A DNA stretch of 64,000 nt from Candidatus Latescibacterota bacterium (GTDB lineage: Bacteria; Latescibacterota; UBA2968; UBA8231): contig CBDCXV010000010.1 of the NCBI GenBank assembly GCA_965223905.1, positions 480,001 to 544,000 on the forward strand, written 5' to 3'. The position numbers were made by a program, and so were the translations under genes. Positions 48,106-58,699 of this stretch are shown in pieces (position 1 is the first letter of the stretch; each line of letters starts with the position of its first letter). The notes beneath the pieces are model-generated. The model was not told the origin of the DNA. It ran no database searches and saw only the letters and a list, made by a program, of their open reading frames with translations.

Positions 48106-51100
48106 GTGAAAAAGACTCGATTGTTCCCCCTCGTCGTCTTGTTGGTCGCAGTCTTGGGTGTGCCGGACAGCCGCGCCGAGGATGATTCCTCAAGTTTGCC
48201 CGCAGGGGCCTTCGCCCGCTTAGGCAAAGGGACGCATTGGTTCAGGCGACCGAGCGGTGGCCTATTCGCCGGATGGGACCCGGCTGGCGGTGGCCAGCGG
48301 TATAGGAGGTATCTGGCTCTACGATGCCCATACCGGGGCCGAAGTCGCCCTGTTCACGGGGCATACGGGTTCGGTCTATTCGGTGGCGTTTTCGCCGGAT
48401 GGAACCCGGCTGGCGTCCGGGTCCGGGGATAACACGGTGCGGCTGTGGGATGTGGCCAGCGGCGAACCGATCACCACCCTCGATGGCCATACGAGTTGGG
48501 TCTCTTCGGTGGCGTTTTCGCCGGATGGAACCCGGCTGGCGTCCGGGTCCGGGGATGCCACGGTGCGGCTGTGGCATGTGGCCAGCGGCGAACCGACCGC
48601 CACCCTCAAAGGCTATACGAATACGGTCTGGTCGGTGGCGTTTTCGCCGGATGGAACCCGGCTGGCGTCCGGGTCCAGGGATGGCACGGTGCGGCTGTGG
48701 GATGTGGCCAGCGGCGAACCGACCACCACCCTCAAAGGCCATACGGAGCGGGTCAGGTCGGTGGCGTTTTCGCCGGATGGAACCCGGCTGGCGTCCGGGT
48801 CGTGGGATGACACGGTGCGGCTGTGGGATGTGGCCAGCGGCGAACTGATCACTATCCTTGAAGGCCATACGGATTGGGTCAATTCGGTGGCGTTTTCGCC
48901 CGATGGAACCCGGCTGGCGTCCGGGTCGTGGGATGACACGGTGCGGCTGTGGGATGTGGCCAGCGGCGAACTGATCACTATCCTTGAAGGCCATACGGAG
49001 CCGGTCAATTCGGTGGCGTTTTCGCCCGATGGAACCCGGCTGGCGTCCGGGTCCGGGGGTGGCACGGTGTGGCTGTGGGACGTGGCCAGCGGCGAACCGA
49101 CCACCACCCTCAAAGGCCATACGGGTTCGGTCGAGTCGGTGGCGTTTTCGCCCGATGGAACCCGGCTGGCGTCCGGGTCGTGGGATGACACGGTGCGGCT
49201 GTGGGATGTGGCCAGCGGCGAACTGATCACTATCCTTGAAGGCCATACGGAGCCGGTCAATTCGGTGGCGTTTTCGCCCGATGGAACCCGGCTGGCGTCC
49301 GGGTCGTGGGATGACACGGTGCGGCTGTGGGATGTGGCCAGCGGCGAACTGATCACTATCCTTGAAGGCCATACGGAGCCGGTCAATTCGGTGGCGTTTT
49401 CGCCGGATGGAACCCGGCTGGCGTCCGGGTCGGGGATCTGGTCGGGAGGCACGGTGCGGCTGTGGGATGTGGCCAGCGGCGAACTGATCACTATAAGCCT
49501 TGAAGGCTTTGGGATTGCGGTCTATTCGGTGGCGTTTTCGCCCGATGGAACCCGGCTGGCGTCCGGGTCCGGGGATGGCACGATTCTGCTGTGGGACGTG
49601 GCCAGCGGCGAACTGATCACTATCCTTGAAGGCCATACGGAGCCGGTCTCTTCGGTGGCGTTTTCGCCCGATGGACGGCTGGCGTCCGGGTCCGGGGACT
49701 GGCAGGGAGATGGCACGGTGCTTCTGTGGGATGTAGCCAGCGGTGAACCGACCTCCACCCTCAAAGGCCATACGGATGGGGTCTCTTCGGTGGCGTTTTC
49801 GCCCGATGGAACCCGGCTGGCGTCCGGGTCGTGGGGTGAAACGGTGCGGCTGTGGGATGTGGCCAGCGGCGAACTGATCACCACCCTCGAAGGCCATACG
49901 TATTCGGTCAATTCGGTGGCGTTTTCGCCCGATGGAACCCGGCTGGCGTCCGGGTCGTGGGATGGTACGATTCTGCTGTGGGACGTGGCCGAGGTGGTGG
50001 GATTGCTACCCACCACCCTCTATGGCCATACGAAGCCGGTCTGGTCGGTGGCGTTTTCGCCGGATGGAACCCGGCTGGCGTCCGGGTCCGGGTGGTTTAG
50101 GGATGTCACGGTGCGGCTGTGGGACGTGGCCAGCGGCGAACCGATCACCACCCGCGAAGGCTTTGGGATTGCGGTCTATTCGGTGGCGTTTTCGCCCGAT
50201 GGAACCTGGCTGGCGTCCGGGTCGTGGTATGGCACGGTGCGGCTGTGGCATGTGGCCAGCGGCGAACTGATCACCACCCTCTATGGCCATACGGAGCCGG
50301 TCAATTCGGTGGCGTTTTCGCCCGATGGAACCCGGCTGGCGTCCGGGTCCGGGGATGGCACGGTGCGGCTGTGGCATGTGGCCAGCGGCGAACCGACCAC
50401 CACCCTCTATGGCCATACGGAGCCGGTCAATTCGGTGGCGTTTTCGCCCGATGGAACCCGGCTGGCGTCCGGGTCCGGGGATGACACGGTGCGGCTGTGG
50501 GACGTGGCCAGCGGCGAACCGACCACCACCCTTGAAGGCCATACGTATGCGGTCAATTCGGTGGCGTTTTCGCCCGATGGAACCCGGCTGGCGTCCGGGT
50601 CCGGGGATGACACGGTGCGGCTGTGGGACGTGGCCAGCGGCGAACCGACCACCACCCTTGAAGGCCATACGGGTTCGGTCAATTCGGTGGCGTTTTCGCC
50701 CGATGGAACCCGGCTGGCGTCCGGGTCCGGGGATGACACGGTGCGGCTGTGGGACGTGGCCAGCGGCGAACCGACCACCACCCTTGAAGGCCATACGGGT
50801 TCGGTCAATTCGGTGGCGTTTTCGCCCGATGGAGCCCGGCTGGCGTCCGGGTCCGGGGATGGCACGGTGCGGCTGTGGGACGTGGCCGAATGGACAAATT
50901 CGGGAACTACCGTCGTGGCGAATAATTTGATCGGCCTGCCGGATGAACTGCAGTTGCAGCAGAACGCGCCCAACCCGTTCAACAGCCAGACCGTTATCTC
51001 CTACTTCCTGCCGGAATCGAGTCCGGTGCGCCTGGAACTGTTTTCGGTGACCGGGCAGCGGGTGGCGATCCTGCGCCAGGGGCACCAGCAGGCCGGCTAC

Positions 51101-51220
51101 CACCGCCTCCACTGGGACGCCCGCGACGACGAAGGCCGCCCCCTGGCCAGCGGCATCTACTTTTACCGACTGGAGACAGCCAACGGCATCTTAACGCGTA
51201 AACTCACCCTGCTGCGCTGA
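48106..51220 (+). CDS. Secreted WD40-repeat protein (21 repeats) with C-terminal NPFN FlgD-Ig/T9SS-A-like domain; frameshift ~48230
   Basis: RBS aaggag and GTG 48106; signal peptide, ARLGKG; removing one G joins RIGSGDRAVAYSPDG. 21 SPDG-containing WD40 units; C-terminal QNAPNPFN...LASGIYFYRL...RKLTLLR. Confidence 0.9.
48355..50890 (+). repeat. ~126-bp near-identical tandem repeats (WD40 coding units)
   Basis: Core tcggtggcgttttcgcc(g/c)gatggaacccggctggcgtccgggtc repeated about 20 times. Confidence 0.95.
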
Positions 51221-51396
51221 TTGGACCGATGTGCCAACATTCGAGTGCTAGCCGCCCGACATAAGCACAAACCGAAAGTACATAGGTGATCCGTCTCGCT
51301 TCACGGATTCAGGATTTTTTTTAACAACGGACACTCCCTGACCGACTCCAATCTATATTTGGCGGACTTTCACACCATTCCCTGAGGAGGGATGCC

Positions 51397-51711
51397 ATGA
51401 AGAAAATACTGATCGTCCTACTAGCCGCTGTGGCTATCACCATAAGCGGAGGCTGTGATAGCGGCAAAGACTGTGATTGCGATGGAGACCGCAATCCAAC
51501 GTCGAGTTGCGGGTCGGACAGCCGCGGGTCGGACGGCTGCGGGTCGGACAGCGGCGGGTCGGGCGGCGGCGGGTCGGACAACAGCGGGTCGGACAACAGC
51601 GGGTCAGGCGGCAAGTCGGGCGGCGGCAAGTCGGGCGGCGGCGGGTCGGACGGCGGCGGGTCGGACAGCGGCGGGTCGGGCGGCGGCGGGGGCGGCGGCG
51701 GGTCGGCCTGA
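51397..51711 (+). CDS. Small Gly/Ser-rich putative lipoprotein with 15-bp repeats
   Basis: RBS gaggagg; signal peptide MKKILIVLLAAVAITISGG-C (lipobox-like); CDSGKDCDC; about 13 GSDxG/GSGGG pentapeptides (gggtcggacagcggc-type units). Confidence 0.7.
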   Translation: MKKILIVLLAAVAITISGGCDSGKDCDCDGDRNPTSSCGSDSRGSDGCGSDSGGSGGGGSDNSGSDNSGSGGKSGGGKSGGGGSDGGGSDSGGSGGGGGGGGSA

Positions 51712-51739
51712 TAATAGCTGCTCGGACTGACCTACGACA

Positions 51740-52699
51740 GTGCTGGGCAAAAGTAGCCAGCAATACCTGCAACAGTATTCTGGAACGGTTCTTCTCATTC
51801 TCGTACTTGCAGCTACGTCTACTCCTGCTGCTCAACCAGACTCATCGGAAACGCGACAACAGGAAATCGATCTTAAACGCTTGGGCTATGTAGGTGTCGG
51901 TGCTGCTGGTTTGCATTGGGCCGGCTTCCGGTATCTGAAAAGCATTTGGTGGCAAGGGGAACAAGTTTCTCTCCGTTTCATTCACGATTGGCCTGGGGAT
52001 ACCTATCTCAATTTAGATCACGCCAGTCATTTTATGTGGGGGCTCTTTCTTGCACAGATCACAGGCGATCTTTATCACTGGATAGGTTTTTCCCCACGCA
52101 CCGCAGCTCTACTCGGTTCTCTCAGCAGCATAGCTGAGATGTTTTATATCGAGTACCGCGACGGGCGATATGGTCATTGGGGTTTCAGCATTCCCGATGC
52201 CACGGGAGATGTACTCGGCGCACTGGTTCCCCTGATCCACGCAAATTTTCCGGCGACTCAAATGGTCCAATTCAAGCTCAGCTATTTCCCCTCCCCGCTC
52301 TATCGCTATGGAAACGCACGCCAAGCTAGCGGGCATCCGTATGCCCCTTCTTTTATGGACGACTACGAGGGGATGACGTTCTGGATGGTCATAAACCCCA
52401 AGCCTATGCTACCGAAGCATGCCGCCGAACGCTGGCCCGATTGGTTAGGGGTGGCGGTAGGAGCCGGGGCGCAGGGACTGCACGGTTATGGTCGCAAAAG
52501 CCGCGGTCCCGGTCGCTGGTATCCCGATTTGCCGGATGCGCAGCGCGAAATCTACCTCTCGCTGGACTTCGACTTCGCACATTCGTTGGGCAATTTCGAG
52601 GTGCTTCGCAAGTTTACGCCCTACTTCCGTCTCCTCCGTTTTCCCACCCCCGCCCTTCGCATTCACCCCACGCCGACCTTTTACTTTTTTTATTATTGA
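51740..52699 (+). CDS. YfiM/DUF2279-like protein
   Basis: WW...FIHDW...LDHASHF, EYRDG...WGFSIPD, FKLSY and DDYEGMTFW pattern. Confidence 0.7.
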   Translation: MLGKSSQQYLQQYSGTVLLILVLAATSTPAAQPDSSETRQQEIDLKRLGYVGVGAAGLHWAGFRYLKSIWWQGEQVSLRFIHDWPGDTYLNLDHASHFMWGLFLAQITGDLYHWIGFSPRTAALLGSLSSIAEMFYIEYRDGRYGHWGFSIPDATGDVLGALVPLIHANFPATQMVQFKLSYFPSPLYRYGNARQASGHPYAPSFMDDYEGMTFWMVINPKPMLPKHAAERWPDWLGVAVGAGAQGLHGYGRKSRGPGRWYPDLPDAQREIYLSLDFDFAHSLGNFEVLRKFTPYFRLLRFPTPALRIHPTPTFYFFYY

Positions 52700-52932
52700 C
52701 CGCCAATACTTTTCATTAGACGATTCGACCCGTCACGATCGCGGCAGGACGACAGGAGAGCCCGCTGAAGGCATCACCTTCGCCGCGGACAACACGCTGA
52801 TCGTTGTGGTAATCCCCCAAGTTCAAGGGGTCGATGTAGCCGCCCGCTTCTTCGAACCCGCTCCACCCATTAGCCGGATGCCGGGTGACCGCCGTCCGGC
52901 CCCCGAAACACTCCAGGCACTCCACCTCCTGT

Positions 52933-54153
52933 TCAGCGCCACCGGTCTATTTCCGCGGCAATGTCGAGATCTTCCGGCATCTCGTAGAAGTAGTACCGCG
53001 ACGGCCGGTCCTCGTACCCCGGCGGTGCCAGCTCCCTGTCGGCCTGCATCCCTTCCTCGATCGGCCGGAAGCGCTCCCACAGGGCCTCCGCCTCCTCCGG
53101 GGAGAAGCGCCCGGCGAACTCCCCGCCCCAGTGCAGGGTGATGGGGTGCTCGAACAGCGCCATGTTGCGGCGGCTCTCCGGCACCCTGCCTGCGTCCGGG
53201 CCCCGCAGGTCGTGGATGCGCCGCGCGCTCTTGCTCATGTACACGGTGGTCAGCGCTCTCCCCCTGGCTCCCCGTCCCGGGTGCAGCTCCTCCAGGACCT
53301 CGCCGTAGCGGGCGCCGTCGCCGGCGATCGCAGAGCGCAGGGCCGCTTCGGTCAGATCCTGGGTGCGCTCGCTGCGCCGGTTCCAGCGCTCGAACCTGTC
53401 GCGGGCGGACGGCGACAGGTGCTCGGCGTAGCTGAGGTCGTGGACCTGCGTGTGCGTCGCGAAGCCACCGTGCAGGGTGCGGCGAAGGGTTCTGTCGTAA
53501 CGGCTTCCCCAGTGCAGGATCGGCAGGATGTAGACGACGCCGTCCCCTGCCTCGAGATCGGTCTGCACCCCGCCCGGGAACGGCGCGCGCTCGTCCTCGG
53601 CGAGCAGCCGGTTCTCCTCCGCGGTGTTGAGCCGCTTGTGGCTGCCGGGGATCACCCACAGCACGCCGTCGTCGTAGAGGGGGATGTTCCACTGCACGTA
53701 GCGCGGGCCGTTCTCCAGGATGTCGTCGGTGTAGGCCTGAACGGGGGCGCTGAACGGGGGGTAGAGATCGCGGTGCCAGCCCCGGTGGCCGCCGGTGCCG
53801 TGATCGCGGACCGGGCTGCACATCATCATCATCTCGGTCACCGCGGCGTCCTCGACGCCGAGAAGCTCGCTGCTGACCCCCTGGATGTTTTCATGGTGCC
53901 AGATCTCGATGCCGGGGATGCAGCCGGCGTCGACGCGATCGGCGATCTGCCCGACCATCACCCGCGGCTGGGCGGATGTTTCCCACTGGCCCCCGGGCGG
54001 TTCGCCGTCGGCGCGATCACGCCGCCACACCGCCTTCTGCTTCTCGAGCAGGCTCTCGCAGGCAGTCCTGATCCGCTCGAGTTCGGAGGGCGGGACTACC
54101 TGGCGCAGAATGAGGTAGCCCTCTTCGAGAAATCGGTCTCTATCGACTTTCAT
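52933..54153 (-). CDS. PhyH family dioxygenase with C-terminal extension
   Basis: FLEEGYLIL, WHRD, WVIPGSH and AGDGVVYILPILHWG. Confidence 0.88.
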   Translation of the reverse strand: MKVDRDRFLEEGYLILRQVVPPSELERIRTACESLLEKQKAVWRRDRADGEPPGGQWETSAQPRVMVGQIADRVDAGCIPGIEIWHHENIQGVSSELLGVEDAAVTEMMMMCSPVRDHGTGGHRGWHRDLYPPFSAPVQAYTDDILENGPRYVQWNIPLYDDGVLWVIPGSHKRLNTAEENRLLAEDERAPFPGGVQTDLEAGDGVVYILPILHWGSRYDRTLRRTLHGGFATHTQVHDLSYAEHLSPSARDRFERWNRRSERTQDLTEAALRSAIAGDGARYGEVLEELHPGRGARGRALTTVYMSKSARRIHDLRGPDAGRVPESRRNMALFEHPITLHWGGEFAGRFSPEEAEALWERFRPIEEGMQADRELAPPGYEDRPSRYYFYEMPEDLDIAAEIDRWR

Positions 54154-54255
54154 CAGCGTCTACTCACTCTGGAGGCCACGCCAGTCTCTGCCGTCGCCAT
54201 CCTTCTTGTTCCGCGGTTTTTGGGCAATCGTTCCACTCCGGTGCATCCGGGCCGC

Positions 54256-55487
54256 CTACCAGCAGGGGGCCCCGTTCTTCACGTACTCGGCGGCTTCCCG
54301 CGCCTGGTCTTCGGGAATCCCCCCGGGAAAGCAGCCCGGGTTGGCGTCGACGTGGAGCGCGATATCGACCGCGGCCCCAATGGTCGCCCGCATCGCCGCT
54401 GGGCTGACGTCTTCGGTGACGTCGGCGCGGGTGTGCCAGGTCAGCTGCGGGCCGCGCTGGAACCAGAGGGTCGGCACGCCATGGGCGCTCAGGAATGCCT
54501 GGTCGAGCCCGGTGAAGTGGTGCTGCAGGTCGACCGGATACCCCACGGCGTCGCAGCGCTCGCGAGTGAGGTCGACCAGCCCCTCCCGGCCGATGATGTG
54601 GATGTTGTTGCGGCCGAGAAAGTCCCCCTGGCCGTCGAAGTAGATCCCCAGCTCCGTAGCCGCCAGTTCCCGCGCGTGCGCCTCGGCGTAGGCCGCGGCC
54701 CCGTAGAGACCGATCTCCTCGGCGCTGAAGTTGACGAAGTCGACGGTCGCCTCGAGATCGAGCCCGCTCAGACTGCGCACCACCTCCAGGGCGCAGGCCG
54801 CGCCGGTGGCGTTGTCGGCCGCCGCCCCTCCGGCCGGAACCGAATCGTAGTGGCCGCTGATGTTGATGCGGCGTTCTCCCGATGCCCCGGGAAGCGTGGC
54901 GACCACGTTGCGGCCCGTGACGTCTTCGATCCGGGTTTCGATCTCGAGCTTCAGCCTGTCGACGCCGTGACGTACCAGGTCGACGCCGTCGGCGAATCCG
55001 AGGGTTACCATGGGCAGCCGCCCTGCGAGGGCCGAGGTCGGGCCGACGATCTGGTGCCAGGCAAGCGCCTTCTCCTGGGTCACCAGGATCACCCCGGCCG
55101 GGTTGCTGTCGAGAAGCGCCTTCTCGTCGGGGAGCCCGTTGTAGAAAAGGGCGATCCGGCCTTCGAGCCCGGAGTCGGCCTCCGGCTTCTCGCGCACCTC
55201 CAGGGCAGCTTCAAGTCCTCCCGCCGGGGTCGAGGCCGAGAACTCAATCGGCAGGGCCTCGATCTCGCCGAGCGCTTCGCAGCTCACCCTGCAGAGATCG
55301 AAGTCCCAGCTGCGGGCGGGAAACTCCTCGGTCCCCACCCCTTCGCACCCCCACTTCTCGAGCTGCTCGCACTGGTACTCGGCGGCGCGGATCTCCCCGG
55401 CGAAGCCGGTGGGCCGCTTGCCGATGATGTCGGCGAGGTAGCGCACGTGCTCGAGTCCGTGGCGTTCCCTGTGGTCATGCTGCTCAT
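54256..55487 (-). CDS. M28 family peptidase (PA domain); frameshift near the start
   Basis: IGKRPTG, GHYDS, ADNATG, AEEIGLYG, D and WHTRAD. RBS aaggaggag before ATG 55487; adding one G at ~55468 joins the main frame. Confidence 0.85.
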
Positions 55488-57262
55488 CTCTCCTCCTTCA
55501 TCCTGTGTTGGTGTACTCTGTCCTCCACCTGCTCTGCTGCTCTTCGCCGGGCAGCCTGTTCCAGCCCCTCCACGAAATCCCCGGTGACGGCGAGCCGCCA
55601 TGAATCGCCGCGGTCGTCGGAGATCAACATGGCCGCGCCTCGGTCCCGCAGCACAATGTCGTAGCCGCCGGGAGCATCCGGGTTCTCCGTGGCGTCTTCG
55701 GGCCATTTGCGCGCGTATGCCCGCCGTTCCTCAGGCGTCATCAGATCCGGGTAGTATGCGTAGCTGACGAACAGCCTGCCGAGCCGGTCGATGCTGATCT
55801 TCTGGCGCCAGGCAGCGTAGTTGACGCGGAACGGGCTCACCAGGACCCGGTGCGGCTCCCAGTCCCGGCCCGCCTTCTTGCGCTGGTAGACCAGCTGAAA
55901 GCGGTAGTCGTCGCTGCCGGCCCAGCGGCTGACCAGGTGCAGGTTGTCGTCGAAATCGCACAGCAGCGCCGTGTACGTGTAGCTGCCCCCGCCCTCGGGC
56001 GGCTTCGGGGTCCCGAACATCCTCGGCTCGGTCCATCCCTCCGTGCTGCTTTTGGGCGCCAGCGAGCGGGTGTACTGGAAGTTGTCGTGGTGGGCGCCCA
56101 TGACGACGTGAAGGTAGCCCTTCGAGTCCACCGATATCGCCGGCGGGTCGTGGTTGTTTCGCCGGCTGAAACCGAGGAGCACGGGGTCGCTCAGCTCGCC
56201 GCTTGCGCGGTCGTAGGTGCGGACGTAGCTGGGAGCAAGGGAGCCGGGCGAGTCCTTGTAGCGCAGCGCGTAGGGCACGTACTCCCCGTCCATCTCCGCC
56301 GACAGCGCCTCGGCCTCCCCCCGGTGCCGCTCGAGGGGCTCAATGCTCAGCCACACCACGTGAGTCCTGCCTCCGTAGGTGGCACTGACGTTGCCGGCCC
56401 CCGAATGGGTCGGGGTGATCCAGTTCCTGAGCTTGCCGGCGATCGGCGGATCCGCGCGCGCCAGCAGAATCGTCTCGGGCGGCGTCAAGCGTCCGTCATC
56501 CCGCTTCTCCGCCACGAACAGACTCAGCTCCCAGCCGCGCCCCTCGACCATCGGCGGCGGCCCGTCGATCTGGTTGTGTCCTTCGAGCCGCTCCAGCCGC
56601 TGGGCGCCGGTGTAGAGCTTGCGCTGAAACGGGGTGGAGTGAACCGCGGGCGACACGGTTTCGTAGAAGGTCCAGGTGCGCAGGCGGTCCCACGAGTGCG
56701 CCAGGCCGAAGGCATCGATGCGCCGCGCCGGCGTTTCCCGGAAGATGTCCTGGCGCTGCAGATGGGCGACGCGGGCCAGCATGTAGGCGTCGCCGTCCCT
56801 GTCGAAGGAGATGAAGGGGCCGTTGCGGAAGGCGCTCCCCTCGATGCCGTCGTACTCCGCCTTCATCGCCGCGTCGAAGTCGAGGGCGATCCAGCGGCCT
56901 TCGTCATCGAGGGTGATCAGCTCGGTCCCCAACGCCATCCAGGGGCGGTTTTCCGCGTCGAACGATACCGGCGCCGGCACGTACCGGGGGGCGTACCCGA
57001 ACAGCTCCCCCTCCATGCGAAAGTACTTCTCGTGCTGGATCGGCGCGGTCACCGGACCGGCAACCCCCAGCTCCGGACCGCCGTGATCGACGAACGGCTG
57101 GCCCGCCAGCGACGGGGATGCCCACAGCAATGCCACCACTGCGATGGCAGTAGCTGGCCCCGACCTGACTCGTGGCGCGGCCGCGATGGATGGGACCGTT
57201 CTGTCAGGTGGCGCAGCGGCAACCATCACTCGCTCCTTCCTCCCTGGATCTATCTGCATCAT
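55484..57262 (-). CDS. Secreted BNR-4-like repeat protein
   Basis: Signal-like segment, NNHDPPAISVDSKGYLHVVMGAHH, YTY...DNLHLVSR and SDDRGDSW. Start uncertain (57262 or 57226). Confidence 0.75.
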   Translation of the reverse strand: MMQIDPGRKERVMVAAAPPDRTVPSIAAAPRVRSGPATAIAVVALLWASPSLAGQPFVDHGGPELGVAGPVTAPIQHEKYFRMEGELFGYAPRYVPAPVSFDAENRPWMALGTELITLDDEGRWIALDFDAAMKAEYDGIEGSAFRNGPFISFDRDGDAYMLARVAHLQRQDIFRETPARRIDAFGLAHSWDRLRTWTFYETVSPAVHSTPFQRKLYTGAQRLERLEGHNQIDGPPPMVEGRGWELSLFVAEKRDDGRLTPPETILLARADPPIAGKLRNWITPTHSGAGNVSATYGGRTHVVWLSIEPLERHRGEAEALSAEMDGEYVPYALRYKDSPGSLAPSYVRTYDRASGELSDPVLLGFSRRNNHDPPAISVDSKGYLHVVMGAHHDNFQYTRSLAPKSSTEGWTEPRMFGTPKPPEGGGSYTYTALLCDFDDNLHLVSRWAGSDDYRFQLVYQRKKAGRDWEPHRVLVSPFRVNYAAWRQKISIDRLGRLFVSYAYYPDLMTPEERRAYARKWPEDATENPDAPGGYDIVLRDRGAAMLISDDRGDSWRLAVTGDFVEGLEQAARRRAAEQVEDRVHQHRMKEER

Positions 57263-57460
57263 GTCCGCCCTCCATGCCATCGCGCTTGCAGGTGTAAACG
57301 GGAACAACACCGGAAAAGGGAAACAGTTTCGCCCGCGTAACAGAAATTTTGGGTGTTGTCCGGCCGTAATTGCCGGCACGTGCATTCTGCTGGAACCATG
57401 CAGCACAGATAAGGAAGCCTGGTCAGCGATCTGGCCGAGGGCCTTTCCTGGGGAATTCAA

Positions 57461-57490
57461 TGTGACTACACTTGTCTTGATGTAGTTACA
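57461..57490. promoter_or_regulatory. Probable TA operator (inverted repeat)
   Basis: tgtgactaca-N10-tgtagttaca (9/10 match) immediately upstream of the antitoxin RBS. Confidence 0.6.
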
Positions 57491-57501
57491 GGGAGATCGC
57501 A

Positions 57502-57768
57502 ATGAACGCATCCGTACGCGACCTGAAGAGCAGGTTGTCGAGCTACCTTCGGCAAGTCCAGCGGGGAGAGACAGTCGTCGTAACTTCGAGGGGGAAGCCC
57601 ATCGCCCGCCTCGTGCCGCTTCCGCCCCTCCTGTTGGAAGAGCGGCTGGCGACCTTGCCGGGGATCAATGCCGGGACGGGGGAAAAACCGAGGGGTGCCG
57701 CGCGCCCCGTGCGCGTCAAACCCGGACAGAAAAACGTCTCGGACATCGTGATGGAAGAGCGACCGTGA
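57502..57768 (+). CDS. Phd/YefM family antitoxin
   Basis: SVRDLKSRLSSYLRQVQRGETVVVTSRGKPIARLVP. Confidence 0.92.
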   Translation: MNASVRDLKSRLSSYLRQVQRGETVVVTSRGKPIARLVPLPPLLLEERLATLPGINAGTGEKPRGAARPVRVKPGQKNVSDIVMEERP

Positions 57769-58226
57769 TCCTCTTTCTCGACACATCGGCTCTCGTCAAG
57801 CTGTACGTCGAGGAGGCCGACTCCGAGACGGTACGTGGCTGGGTGGATGTGGCCGAGGAAATCGCCTGCCAGTGGCTCGCATACGTGGAGGCGCGATCTG
57901 CTTTGGCTGCCAAACGCCGTTTGGGCGACCTGTCCGACGCAGAGCTGGAGGAATGCAAGAAGGAGCTGGAGGAGGATTGGGAGAGATATCACCGTGTCGC
58001 GGTCACCCAGACTCTTCTGCGACGAGCCGGTGCTCTGAGCGAACAGCTCGGCTTGCGCGCTTATGACAGTGTTCACCTTGCGGGGGCCGAGTATCTGCAA
58101 TCCTCGCTGGGAGTGCCGATAACCTTCGGGTCCTTCGACCGCCGACAGGTCGATGCTGCCTCCCGGCTGGGAATGCTCATCACACCGGTCGATGACCAGA
58201 ACAAAGGCGGTAGTCCAACCAACTAA
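57765..58226 (+). CDS. vapC: VapC PIN-domain toxin
   Basis: FLDTSALVKLYVEE, YVE, LRAYDSVHLA and SFD; GTGA overlap with the antitoxin. Confidence 0.92.
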   Translation: MILFLDTSALVKLYVEEADSETVRGWVDVAEEIACQWLAYVEARSALAAKRRLGDLSDAELEECKKELEEDWERYHRVAVTQTLLRRAGALSEQLGLRAYDSVHLAGAEYLQSSLGVPITFGSFDRRQVDAASRLGMLITPVDDQNKGGSPTN

Positions 58227-58250
58227 CCCCCCAACAAAAGGACAATCCCC

Positions 58251-58405
58251 ATGAGCGGCACTCACCCCCGACCAACGACTTCTACCGCCCTGGGGGCTAC
58301 CTCCTCGTCGAGGACGTCCTCGACCCCTCCGTCTTCACCCTCCCCATCCCCGAATCGACGCCATTGCCGATACCGCCACCCAGCAGGCCCACGCTGCCGG
58401 CGAGA
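58251..58405 (+). pseudogene. Decayed 5' end of a PhyH family gene
   Basis: DFYR..GYLLVEDVLDP motif following ATG 58251, broken by several indels. Confidence 0.55.
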
Positions 58406-58699
58406 GGTTTCCCCCGAACAGGTCGGTCACACGTTTCCAGATAAAGACCCTGAATCATCCCCGACGTGACCAGCACCCAGTCATCACCCTTCGAGGTCCC
58501 AGGGAAACGGCCTAGCCTGCTTGGGCGCAGTTTTGCAGTAGTTGAGTCCATGCGGCGTTTGTCCATCCCGCAAGCGTGGAGACGTGGAGAGATTTCCTCG
58601 GGACGGGCTGCTGAGTAGGAGTAGCGGCTACGGGGGTGATCGAGGTCCAGGGAACAGCTCAGATTTCCAGTCAGCCTATCCGAATTGGGATAGGCTCCT

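Noticed and set aside
48355-50890. Regularly spaced conserved repeats with variable intervals as a CRISPR array
   Set aside because: The period is ~126 bp, in frame, and encodes WD40 blades; the intervening segments are homologous to each other; no cas genes are present.
48106-51220. Diversity-generating retroelement target
   Set aside because: No reverse transcriptase or separate template repeat in the window, and the variation includes indels and non-adenine changes.
51437-51893. Arg-rich (VGRRR / PTRRR) or Pro-rich repeat ORFs in other frames
   Set aside because: Alternative readings of the same 15-bp repeat; only 51397-51711 has both an RBS and a signal peptide.
16390-55470. Single-base frameshifts in vapC, the AAA ATPase, Gfo/Idh/MocA, hicA, the GltD fusion, GH29 (twice), the WD40 gene and the M28 peptidase as programmed frameshifting or phase variation
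   Set aside because: Most are +/-1 changes in 2-4 nt homopolymers, in unrelated and otherwise intact genes, with no slippery heptamers or long tracts. Long-read consensus error is the simplest explanation; read-level polishing would settle it.
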